From the NCBI GenBank assembly GCA_965637545.1, contig OZ281496.1, positions 28,706,001 through 28,770,000 on the forward strand: a stretch of DNA of 64,000 nucleotides, given 5' to 3'. Position 1 is the stretch's first letter. Each line of letters starts with the position of its first letter. Under the pieces are notes generated by a model. It saw only the letters and a program-made list of their open reading frames with translations, searched no databases and was not told where the DNA came from. This DNA comes from Phallusia mammillata. Taxonomy: Eukaryota. Shown one piece after another: positions 1 through 13,677 of the stretch. A program made the translations under genes and the position numbers.

Positions 1-45
1 TGCCTTGTCCAGTAGCTATTTCCTTTTTTCATTGTTTATGTTCAG

Positions 46-1188
46 CTGCAATCAACCCAAAATCTTGTCGAGATGTTGCACCTCGCTATGCAAACGACAC
101 CGGCGGCGTTTATACGATTTATCCACTCACTGGAGGGCGACAGGGAGTTAAAGTTTACTGTGATTTTGTGACAAACAGCACCGAATGGCTGGTAGGGTGA
201 ATGCTTGTGCATTGAGTATAAAGGAAAAATACAAAAAGTAAATCAACAGGTGTTCCAGAAAAGGAAAGATGGGTCAGAAGACTTTGAGCGTGAGTGGGTT
301 GATTACGTGAACGGATTTGGAAAACAAGATGGCAAATTCTGGTTGGGTAAGAGTTTCGCCATAACGTTCTCAATGGCTCTGATGTAATGAACCTTACCAC
401 AGCTACGTGCTAAGTAGGCAGCAAGTAGGCAATTGGCTGGGTTCTCACTTTAAGTTGCGAGCTGCGTTTTGAGAGGGGCAAAAAGTTACTTTTGTTGCAC
501 GTGCATGCATCTCGTAAGCCGTTTAAACACTTTTATCTCATCCGCATTTTACCGTTGTTATTGCGACCTACCTACTAGTTGTGGAGTATTTGATCTGTCA
601 ACATTGTCGCAAACCCCGTTTGCTTTCCAGGTCTTGAAAATCTGCACTTGATAACAAACAGTGGCGATTATGAAATGAGAGTTGACATGGAGGACTTTGA
701 TGGAATAAAATCTTATGCGCATTACGGGTGTAAGATTCGATTTTACAACAATCATGGTATTTAGACTAACCTGTGCCTGTCGCAACTATTTCAGGATATT
801 TTCTGTTGGCCCAGGAAACGACTATGCTTTAACACAAGGCAGTTTTTCCGGACCAGCGGGTAAGTAAGTAAATAACTAGTTTTATTTTAGAATGTGCAAA
901 TGCGTGCACCAGTTATCTAAAAACGAGGGAAATCAAGTTTGTTATTTCTTGCAACCCACTGGTACAAGATTCTCCACAAAGGACAGAGATCAAGATACAC
1001 ATTCAGGAGGGAATTGTGCTCAGTCTTACAAAGGTGGTTGGTGGTTTACAGATTGTCATAGTGGAAATCCCAACGGATATTATTATGGTGGTCCACATGA
1101 CTCATATGCTGATGGTGTTAACTGGTATTATTTCCGTGGTCACCACTATTCACTTAAAATAATGGAAATGAAAATCAGAAGAAAGTAA
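46..1188 (+). CDS. Ficolin-like fibrinogen C-terminal (FBG) domain gene, copy 1; 5' exons lie upstream of the window. Exons 46-191, 250-346, 631-727, 795-859, about 938-1188
   Basis: GT-AG exons join in frame to give [66 protein letters not shown]../[36 protein letters not shown], a canonical FBG domain. The first four exon sizes (146/97/97/65) are identical to copy 2. The last-exon acceptor is uncertain (see findings). Confidence 0.85.
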
Positions 1189-1205
1189 ATGCATGTGCAG
1201 TTTTA

Positions 1206-1211
1206 AATAAA
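1206..1211 (+). promoter_or_regulatory. Probable polyadenylation signal of FBG gene copy 1
   Basis: AATAAA 17 nt after the stop codon at 1188. Confidence 0.5.
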
Positions 1212-2175
1212 ACGTTGCCTAGGCTTGTTTGTTTATTGTGTTTATGCTGCACGAACTGTATATATATGTATTTAATTGTGTTGAAACATGTGTATGAAGT
1301 ATTCAACTTGACAATGTTTGTAATATTGTAAGACTTTGGCTTATTTACTGCTGGTAAGTTCTTAAATTGTATACACCGTCTTTATGTTAAAAACATGGAC
1401 CATGAAACACATATATATTAAAATGGCGATTGGCGGCTATTTACGAAACACCTGGCATTATGCTTTAGTTTGTTGCTTGTCGGTCCGGGGAAAAATGCAT
1501 TGAGCAATAAATTCGTTGTGAAAACTCGTTTAATGCGTTTCATTTCTCCACCACAAAGCACTGCAGGTCTAAACAACGTCAATTTTTAGGGAAATATATA
1601 TGATTTCTACCAGACGCATAGCATAAACATTTTCTTTCACATGCGTGCAAACGTTTACAAACACGGTTGTCCAAACCCCACAAGATTACATTTGCTCTTG
1701 TATCAAGTGGATACAATGAAAAGCTTGTAAAAAGTTTTTGTAACTTGACTTTTAGGGGCGTTATAGTTTCAAAAACGTTGTTAACTTCGTTAATGACCAG
1801 TAGTAGGGATTGTCATGAAAGTATCACAAAACTCCTTAATCACAATTACTCCTCAGTCTTTTTAATTTTTCCTCACAACATAATATAGTTTGATGAATAT
1901 TTAATTTTTCTGAATGAAAATTAATTAAAGCAAGCACTACAAAGGGCGTGGTGTGGAAGTATAGCTTAGCTTAAAATGAAAAATAAATGAAGTAATCAAA
2001 TTTAAGACAACTATTTGTGAGTCTGACAAAAACAACAATCCAGACATAACTTCGTTAGAGCTCAGGAGAATTTAAATTTCAGGTATAAGTGCTTTATTTG
2101 ATCTCACCGCAAGCAATTTCTCCTTCTGTGACAGTAGATGCAGCATTTGGACTAGACTTTCTGTTGAACGTTGAT

Positions 2176-4175
<2,000 letters not shown>

Positions 4176-4513
4176 ATACATGTGCAGTTTCAATCAAAAC
4201 GTTGCCTTGGCTTGTTTGTTTAATGTGTTCATGGTGTATGTAATTGTGCTGTAACAATTGTACAAAGTATTTAACGTAAAATGTTTATAGTATTGATTTT
4301 CGCTGATTTATAGCTGGTAAGTCCTTGAAATTTAGGCAGCGTTTTTGTATGTCCAATCAGACATCAATATAACCAAGCATTGAGAAACACACATCACAAA
4401 ACATGACAGATTATAGTCAGAAAAAGACCATTGTCTGCCTGATGGTTTCATTGCGTATAGTAAACCTTAACACCTTCAGAGATTTGTCTCACCTTTGCTC
4501 ATGTTGGTTGAAG

Positions 4514-4620
4514 GCGACGGTCAGCGACCCACTGGAACTAGATTCTTCACAAAGGACGGAGATCACTTAACCACTTACATTTATAAATTAAATACCGTCA
4601 GAAATTTTCACGTATGTTAA
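4514..4620 (+). pseudogene. Truncated remnant of an FBG last exon (third paralog fragment)
   Basis: After AG at 4512-4513 the frame reads GDGQRPTGTRFFTKDGDH, versus [18 protein letters not shown] (copy 2) and [14 protein letters not shown] (copy 1). Similarity stops at about 4565; in-frame TAA at 4618-4620. Confidence 0.6.
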
Positions 4621-6905
4621 AAAACTTCGTAAATTTAGTTACAATTTAAGTGTAACCAACGCCACTAGCAATTCCATGCAAAAAATTAGAAACGAGAATC
4701 GAAATCTGTCTTTTGTGCAATTATTTCCAGCTAAACTTGGTCGCATTTATAAAACAGAAAAAATGTAAAATACCGACGCCTTTTGTAAAGTTAGAATTAT
4801 AAAAATGCAGAAATTGTTTGTTGTGGTTCGCATCGGGTGTGCTTGCACGAATGTCTTTTAGTATTAGGAAGAAAACTGTCATGAAAAATATCAAAAAGTA
4901 AAAATAATTTCAGAGCGTTCCAGATACTTAAGCCAGGATCGTCTGTGTTTTTCCAAGCGTGCAAAGCAAGTAGAAACTTCAAACAGTAATTTACAAAATA
5001 AACTCAAATCGGAGAGTTCAGCAACATGCTTGTAGGTCAACATGCACCGTTGCATTGAACTAGTGGCCCAAAAACGGGGACAGGAAACTTATCTTTTTGT
5101 CTGCATCAGGGTGTAACAAGTACTCATGCGGGTCGACCCCGTCGTAGCACCACCTCACGTTGTCTCGTTGTCAACAAACCGCCATTTAAGGAGTTCCTTT
5201 AATTTACAATGGATTTTTAAAGTAAAGTCAAAATCGCAGAAAAAGTTTTTGTAAACCTAAAAACAATGACAAACGTTTTACAAAATTAACACAAGTTTTC
5301 CGGTTCCATGCTAGTCCCTATTTCGAGCCCACGTAAAAAATCAACTTCAAAAAGAATAGAACCTCATCAGTTGACAGGGACCGCCTGCTAAAATTAGATG
5401 TTTCGGTTACGGCTGAGAGCCATTATGAGCTTTGGCCGCTATTAGACAGTAATCAGGTATTTGTCGCGCTAAAAATATGCCATTTGCATGAGGTTATCTA
5501 ACTTCGACTGTTTGCGGAAAACATCCAAATCGGTTTAGTTCAGCAAGATTCAGACGGATATTCGATTTCGGCTATAACCTTTAAACATTTGTTGCAACAA
5601 TAGATTTTAGCTTTTCAGACACGAAAGGCCTTAGAACGCCCACAAACGCAAAACAAAACCGAAACAAAGGAGGACCAGTGTTACCAAACGCAGCAAACCT
5701 CCATAAGCAGAAGAAACGACCCAGGAAATGTGGTTGTTGGTGGCCATGTGATCGACAGTTTTCCTGTGCCTTGAAACCTCACTGCAATTCTTGTTAATGC
5801 AAGGGCATCTCTGGAACTCTTAATGAAAATGCTGACATGCATAAAACGCATGGAAGAACTTTACCCAACACAACGGCGCTAGTTGGGTGCTCAAGTGGCG
5901 AAACAACACAAAAAATAAGAGTGCCCTGAAGCGACATTTGCATTAACCTTGCCGCAGAACGCAAACCGCAATAAAACGCTGTAATTGTGGTTGAAATTCC
6001 ATTGAAGCGATTTCAGGCTGTTGCAACGAACCCCCAACGTCGTTTGTTGGATGTTAATTCAATTCCAACGGTTCTTTGAAATAGTTTAATTCTTATGTTT
6101 CTGTTAAATATACGAAAGGTTCCAATAATGTACCTTAGTGCATCTGACGACCTTAGCAGTAAACCAATAAAGATTATGATTAGTAAAACCACATATCCAT
6201 AATATAAGATAAACTGTTTTCAACTGAGTGATTAATCGACGTTTAAGTATGTGAAAATGTCGGTATTGTCATATACGTTTCGGTATTATCACACATGTTT
6301 TCAAATATTGTGTTTTCTGACTCACTTAGAGGTTTCAGTTACAAATACACGGACACCCACAAGACAATATTTGTCATTGCTATGTACTTGTTTGCTTTGT
6401 GCGTTGTTTACTGAAGTCTGGTTAACACAACACACAGCAATGGTAAGAACGGGACACTCCTGCTGTTCTGAATCATAAGTGCAATTTACACAAAACTTTA
6501 AGTGTCTCTAACACAGCGGCCATGTAGCGGATTACAAAAATAAACAAACTTTGACGTAGTAATTTATCAGAAGTGAGCCTTATCCATACGATAGTTTCTA
6601 TCGTGGACAGTAAAGTTCCAGTTTAACCAATTAGGCAGGATTTTCTTGACAACATTAACGTTTTTTTCAGGTCGTTAGACGTTTTAGTGATTAGGAACCC
6701 AATTTGAATAACAGACAAGCGATAATACAAACCGCTTTAGTAGTAAGCATGATTTGAAAGGCCACATTTGGACAAGAACATCGATAACTGCCAGAGAAAC
6801 AATTACCAGAAAAAGCGGATAAATGGCAGAAAAAGGCAGAGAATCTCATGTTCAGTAGCTGTTCACTTGTAGCAGATACACAGACCAGGCGAAGATCGCT
6901 GCAAC

Positions 6906-9900
6906 ATGGCTCGAATATTAACGATTGTTATCTTTCTGCTGCCGACATTGGGAAGCTACGTAATAACGCCACTGAATGGCTTCAAGGCCATAAGGACGTG
7001 CAAGACTTTTGACGAAGCGAAAGAACCAGAATGTGCAAGGTTTTGCATCACAAAGGAGAGGCCAGAGTTCAACAGGTCCGTGGCAGGTAGGTTTAAAACA
7101 TTTGGTAAATATTACATTAGAATGGTTTATGTGCTGGCTTGCTTGTTGTCTGTATTCTATCAACAAGGATTCTAAAATGGCACTCTGAATCAATCGACGA
7201 GTTCGAATTTTTTTGGCTTCTTGCAACAAATTGCGATCTTTTTAATTTCTTTGCGATGCATTATTTTATGTTGTGGCCTGTGTGTTCTATATTCGGTCAG
7301 CGTGGACGCTCAAAACGATAACGCTTTAAATTAATTCAGCGAGCTCACAAATATGTTTTGGCTTTTTTCAAGAAATTTAGATTTATTTGAGATGCACTAG
7401 GAAACAAACTAAGCCAATATCAACAAAAGTCAAGTTGCATAAACTTTAAGGAAACGCATTTTCAGCCATTACAAACGTTTGAGTCACACGTAGCATCTCT
7501 CCACAGAACCCACACAAAATCAAACACTGTTTGCTAAACTCAACAAATCTCATTATTGTTTCGGAGTAAAGTTCAATTAAATGATTTTCAAACTTCATGT
7601 GCATATTTGGACAAGTTTATCGGTTGTTTGCGCTGAACATGTAAAGCCAATAAAGATATTAGTCACGACCCACTGACATACATATGTTCATGCTTATAGT
7701 AGTGTGAATAACATCATTGATATTTTAAATGCATTTATAAGAAGCCAGCTAACCAATCAAGAAGAACGTATGATTTTTTGCAAACTACATGAAAGTAACA
7801 AAGATTGGTTTAAAAAAGTTTTTAGAAATTCTTGTGACATTAAATTCCATGGTTGCTAAGATATATTAAGATTTAATCTCAAGTTTGTGTGTTTACCTGT
7901 GTCCTAATAAGGGCGCAGCAAAAGTAATAATGACGCATACTAAGGCGTTCACCAAGATTCGCTTGTTATGGAATAAACACCTCCGGATAGATTTTCCGAT
8001 CGTTAATCGCAGTGATCTTCGCCGCAATCATTTGTCAACGTCACACACGCTACATTTGGCGGGAGTTTGACGGACGCTAATTGGACTGCCTGGAAAGACT
8101 ATCGAATAAGTTCACCAGCGAACCACTTTTACGTCAGCAAACCCAAAATTTATAATAGAGATCTTCAGCGAAGGGATCCGACGTCTACTTAAGGTTTACA
8201 TGTTCAATTTGAGCCACATTTAGACGTTTTAACTTTAAAGGTCTGGCGAACGACGCACAAAGTAGACCACATCTTGGCATCAGACATGGTGGTCTAAGTA
8301 TTAAACGGAGTGAGAGGTTTTATGTTGTTATGATTTGATCTATCCGTTATCGCCGCAATTTAATTGCATGGTTAGGCGCATGAATTAGCGGATGTGAGAA
8401 ACATTCAGTCCATTTTTTGAAACATTGCAAATTTTTGTTCAACGAATAACGGAGCCTGTTTGAGAAGTCAACCCTTCTGCACCATGGTAAAAACGTCAGA
8501 TAACATTTATATGATTAGTATGGTTAATTATATGGTTAATTTTTTTACATCATTTGACACGCACATGTTCTTCTTCATAACACTTGATTAATATCCTTGA
8601 AAAGTAGCCACAGCTTTACAACGTGAATGTTTTGAAAGTTCTGAATTGTACTTTTGAAAACAAAGTATGTTTTTGGTTTCAGCAAGCATACGGGTGCTAG
8701 CTCGATTGTTTCGCTACGAAATTGTTTCCTACGACAAGAACAGCGAAACATTATCGTGGAACACGAAAGGAGTTCAGGAAAGCTTAAAAAACAGCTTGGA
8801 CAACGTGACTGTCACCGCATACCACTGGAAACAGTAAGCAAGTAACAGAAATACGGAACTGTAATCCAATAGTTACGTATTTTAACTAACTCACATCATA
8901 ACATATGTACTGTAGTTTACTATTCCAAAAACCTTTGGTAAGGCTCATCAGCTGGCAATTATGCAGCTGTCTTGTGCATTTATGAGAGCAATGGAAACGG
9001 TCCTTGAAATCCTAATCAGTCGTTTGTGGTTTTGTCATCTATCCAACCGTTTTCCTCTAATCATGAACCACTCTTTTCAATAATGCTTGACCGCGTATAG
9101 TTTATTAACATCACCATGCAGTAAAGCAAACCTCCGAAGCGGTCGTTTGTTGTTTTAGTATTTGACGGTTTTCGTAGAACTTTAATCAACAGTTTGGACA
9201 ACGTACCACACCAAGCAACAGCGTGGGGCAAATAGGATTATAGTTTACGCTTGGTTTGATGTACGCATCATATCGACTGTCAAAGAACAGCTTTACTAGA
9301 AATCGTAGCAGACGCGCAAACAAGTGAAATAAGTCGAAACCAGCAAATGTTTCAGCATATTCGAGTTCTCATTTTGTTTCCACCTTCACACTAAAGCTTT
9401 TTCAAAACAACGATTTCGTTGTATTAACGTTATTCAGACTAGATGTAATACAAGTGAAACTTATGACTAATGTTTGACGTCAGTTGGCGGTCTTATTCAA
9501 AATTCTGTTGTGACTGGTTCCATCGCACACAAGTACAGCTGCAATGACGTCTTTGTGTGTCATTCGAATCTTTTTTCTCTTGACTGAAAAATCCAACATG
9601 CTTGATATGTAAAGATGGGTTGTTTGCACGTTTAGCGCTAAGGAAGGCCGACTGGAACTCACAGAGTCGGGACGGCCGATTATGAGTTGTTGTGGAGTTC
9701 CTCTGACGAAGAATCATTGCAAGGTTGCGTTTGATCACCCCGGTGAACTTTTCGTCTCAATGACCTTAAACAAGTTGAGGTTGGGTGCAGAAGTGAGCGC
9801 TTACAGATACGGTAAGTATTAGCATAACAGGGCATCATGTTTTCTCGTCCCCTGATTGGATACAGTTTCACACTGCTTGTGTGCTAATGAAAGTATCTAT

Positions 9901-12900
9901 TAGCTTCTAATGGTTTATCAACGTAAATAACATAATAGCCTATACCTGGCGTTTAAAAATCGCCAATGCGTAAAATGTGTTTTTCTACCTCGTGATTAGA
10001 GATATTTGATAACTTTATGTGTAGCCTAGTTGATGAACAAATCAACACATATGATCCAAATCAAAGTCAAATTGGTGCCATCATTGCATGCCGGATTTAA
10101 ATCATAACAACATTTAAATGCATGCAGCAGTCTGTTCTGCATTTACGATAAATAAAAAGAGCATTGTACTTCACAAGAAACCCAATCACAATTTTACCAT
10201 ATAGACCCCTAAAGACAGATAAACCAGAACATTTAAACGGTCAATTAGTGCAAACATGCAAATATTGGACATTGTCGACACAAAATAAGAACCAGTTGTT
10301 AATAAGATACATCAATATGTTTTAAGCACCACTCTGCTGGATGTTAAATAACGTATACGCACACAAAGTTTACGAAAAATTGCCCAACGGCGAAAAAGTT
10401 TATTTTAGAACCCGTTTCTTCGCAACCTAAACGCTTTAAAGTTGATCCAATTTTTTCCAGCTGAACGGGGAACAACTAATTATACAAACCACTGGGGTGT
10501 GTAGGGTGATAGGGGACCGGGGGCTGCAGTGAAGTGGGATGTTACCCCAACAGAAATTGGTGATCGGAAACGAGGCCCCTTGTGTAGATTACAAACAAAT
10601 GTTGCTGGGTGGCGTTTTGCTCATTATACATCAGTGATTCCTAAACGTTTAGGAAATGATTCATTTAATTTTTAAAATACCTCCAATCTTCTAAAAATGC
10701 CAATTGTTGCTCACCACGCATCAGTGATTCTCAAACGTTGAGCAAAATTTCAAAATACCTTGAAGGTTCTAAAATTGGCTAATTGTAGCCTTCTTGGTGA
10801 TTTCACAAGTCTTTAAAAGGGGTACGCATACAAAAAGGTTTGAAACCATGAACATAACGCAACGAGGAAGTGTGCGTGGGTATGAAGTAGTGGATTCGTG
10901 GTTGTTTTATTACTTGCACAATCGAAACGAAAGATTGCAACCTGATTGTCTGACTGTTAAATTTTTGAGGTAATTTTCGCCATTTAATATTTGACATACG
11001 ATACTGTTACACAGTTTCAACGTAGCAATTTCACGGTGATTATGCTCTTTTCTTAAACGTCAAAAGTGCCTCAATATAACATAAATCCGAAATTTGTTTC
11101 AAGTCCTCTACTTTCACTGCAACTACACAAATATATTTCTGTTTTAGTTTATTATCGTTACGAAACGATATGCCCTGAAATCAAACCCAGCGACAAGGAG
11201 GTCGCGTGCATCGTGCTGGATAAAAAGACGGGTGCAATAAAACAGAAGACCATGATCGTGGGATTCGCGAACACTGGAGGCCAAGATAGTCGATTTCAAA
11301 CAGAAGTAGAAATGTGTTCCTTTTCCTTGTCAGCAGGTAAAATCAGCCGTTGAATAGTTGGTTTTGCCTATAAACAGCCTCAGAAATGTAGTAGGAAAGA
11401 CGCTTGGTTTGTTATATACCTGAATGACAACAGTAAATGCCAAACGTTGTAATATTTGAGTTGTACAAGTTTTACATCAAACTTGTGGTTTAAGGTAGGC
11501 CACTTACGGCACATATATCCAAGCAGTTTATAGTCTTAATATTGTTCACGTAACAGACCGTGGGAGTAATACCAGACTTAAGGCGCCTTGTTGGGAGAAC
11601 TGTAATAATTCTGTGGTGTAAATATAAAAACAACTTTGCAAGGAGGATCTATAAAAAATATAGCCGGTATATTCCGTCAGTCGACCGCCACAACAACACT
11701 TCGTGGCAATAGGCTACAACTCGCCGTTTAGGCTACGCCAAGGAATACCAAACAAACTATAGCCACCAGACAAGTTAATTGATACAATAGCTCATGAGCA
11801 GGAATTTAACATTGACAAATGGGGTTCTGGGCTCTAATTATAACTACCTGACAAAAACTCCTCCAACAAACCTCTTTGGTGCATATATGGGCCGCATGTG
11901 ATGTTTTGGGTTGGTAAAACCTTCCGTAGAAGCGATCGAGCAGGTGCATATATGGAGCGTATGCAGAAAGTAAACAGTATGATAGTTAGGGGGAAACGCA
12001 AGAGTGAACATTGCTTCTTGCTCCTTAATCAATTTGAATGGGTAATGGTCTAAATCGGGTAAACCCGTACATGGAAAATCGGGTAAACACGATTAGGCTA
12101 CCTGCAAAGAAAGTTATCCATGTTCTGTGAAAAATTTGTTTTCCAAGCCGGCAGTCCTGTTTTTCATGAGAAAAGTGTAGACATTTTGTCAAAAAACGTG
12201 ATTATTAGCATCGTACTATTAATGTTTATGGACCAATTAAATATCAAAATATTTAATACTAAACGATATGTGATTCAACGCAAAATCAAATTTAATGAGC
12301 CTTTTCAGCATCATGAAAACACAACTGATTTTTTCCCTGTACAGTTGTAGAACTTGTTCAAATAAACCTGTGGAAATTTGAATTTGTTTCCATGTCTCAG
12401 TGCTAGACCAGGGTGTGGAAGACTTGTTTGACTTATACTGCTCTCTAGTGATTTCATTTACAGGAGGTTAAATCCTAATAGCCAATAAAGCTAAAACATA
12501 CCAAATTCATTTGACAGAAATCGCCAAACACGGGATTGGCGTGAAAAGGTTGGATGGTATTTTTGGAAAGAAACTGGTCGACGCAACAGACTATTTGCAA
12601 ACTCAGGAGCAAATCTGTCCAACTTGTAATTGTACCAAAGAGAAATTTAGTCCTGGAAATCCGACAACGTTCAAGCCGAAAGACCAAGCAAAATGTTTTC
12701 ACTTCGTAACAGGAGAAATTTTAAAACCGAAAGTTTACTGCCTTCTACCACCAGGTTAGTTTTCTATCAGAACTTTTTTATTGTGATAAGACCACAACTT
12801 TTAGACCTATAAGGTCTGGAGAGCCGTTGGATAGGAACACTAACCTATAAGGCTCATCTCTCGTCACCAACTGCACTGAGGTAGAAACAGTGTTCACTGT

Positions 12901-13677
12901 CTACAGCTTATCATTCACTGGCTTGATGCCTTTACATTTTTTTTTATTGTGGCTTGGTTTAAAATTAGTGATGCTTACAACCGTAATGTCACTTTATTAT
13001 TATAGTTATGTTTAAATATCTTCGTGATATAACCCTTGATTTTTCGCAAATGTAAGGAGCAACTTTTTTTGCATGTATGAAGACATGTTAATTGATGGTA
13101 TTTATTCCAGAGGTCAGAGCAGAAACGATTGGGGAGCAATATCAAAGTCACACAGAGTACAAACAAGACTACACAATTCCATGCCTGATAGGCGGATTGG
13201 CGCTAGTTTTCATGGCACTTCTGGCAGTTGTATGCTGGCGTAGACATGCCAAAAGGAAGCGTAAAGAGAAAAAACAACGTTGGTCCGAAACGGTAAGATC
13301 AAAGAAGTAGAGCCACATAAAAATGTGGTAATCAATAACACGTGCGTCAGTTCAGGCCATGTAAGGGTAAACCTGGACACTCATACGCAATATATTTCAG
13401 GTTCATCACAGAAACTATTGAAATTGTTAGAAACAAGCCAAAACTTATAACTGCAGAGATACACGATCGCGTATTGTTGTGTCCTGTGTTTTTTAAAAGC
13501 TTTATTTGTTTGTGAGCAGAAATGTTGGTATCAAACCGATCTTTTCTCGATTGTTTAGGTATAAAATCTAAAAACGTACTTCAAACAGTACAAATTCTTT
13601 TTTAGAATGAAAAACCCGATGTAAATGAAGACATCGCCTTGATTACAACGATGCATAGCAGAAATGAAACTCTTTAG
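6906..13677 (+). CDS. Uncharacterised Cys-rich type I membrane protein, short-tailed (receptor A), 395 aa. Exons 6906-7086, 8683-8833, 9636-9811, 11148-11336, 12518-12754, 13111-13292, 13606-13677
   Basis: All junctions GT-AG, phases 1-2-1-1-1-0, total 1188 nt open frame. Signal peptide MARILTIVIFLLPTLG, 14 ectodomain Cys, TM IPCLIGGLALVFMALLAVVCW followed by RRHAKRKRKEKK. Exon-by-exon similarity to receptor B supports the model; the terminal exon is the least certain. Confidence 0.85.
10629..10800. repeat. Degenerate tandem duplication of a unit of about 90 bp in intron 3 of receptor A
   Basis: catcagtgattc..aaacgtt..aaaatacct..ttctaaaa recurs at 10629 and 10719. Confidence 0.55.
12804..12908. 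repeat. Rearranged, inactivated copy of the hammerhead-containing repeat (family 1)
   Basis: On +: tctcgtcaccAACTGCA-CTGAGG-TA-GAAA-CAGTG-TT-CACTG-TC-TACAGCT (about 12859-12908) matches the 30664-30715 ribozyme but lacks stem II. Opposite-orientation stem-II fragments lie upstream: gacctataaggtc (12804) and cctataaggctcatc (12844). Confidence 0.7.

Noticed and set aside
7139-7321. Hydrophobic ORF or alternative exon after receptor A exon 1
   Set aside because: The acceptor at 7166-7167 gives an immediate GF-stop with the main donor. Joining the hydrophobic frame needs a weak phase-2 donor and has no counterpart in receptor B.
8241-8309. Phase 1-1 compatible 69-nt candidate exon (GLANDAQSRPHLG..)
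   Set aside because: Exon 1 to exon 2 spacing already matches receptor B without it; no independent support.
9122-9235. Short similarity to receptor A exon 2 (TLINSLDNV vs SLKNSLDNV)
   Set aside because: Only about 20 nt match, stops bound both sides and the phase is incompatible; may be chance.
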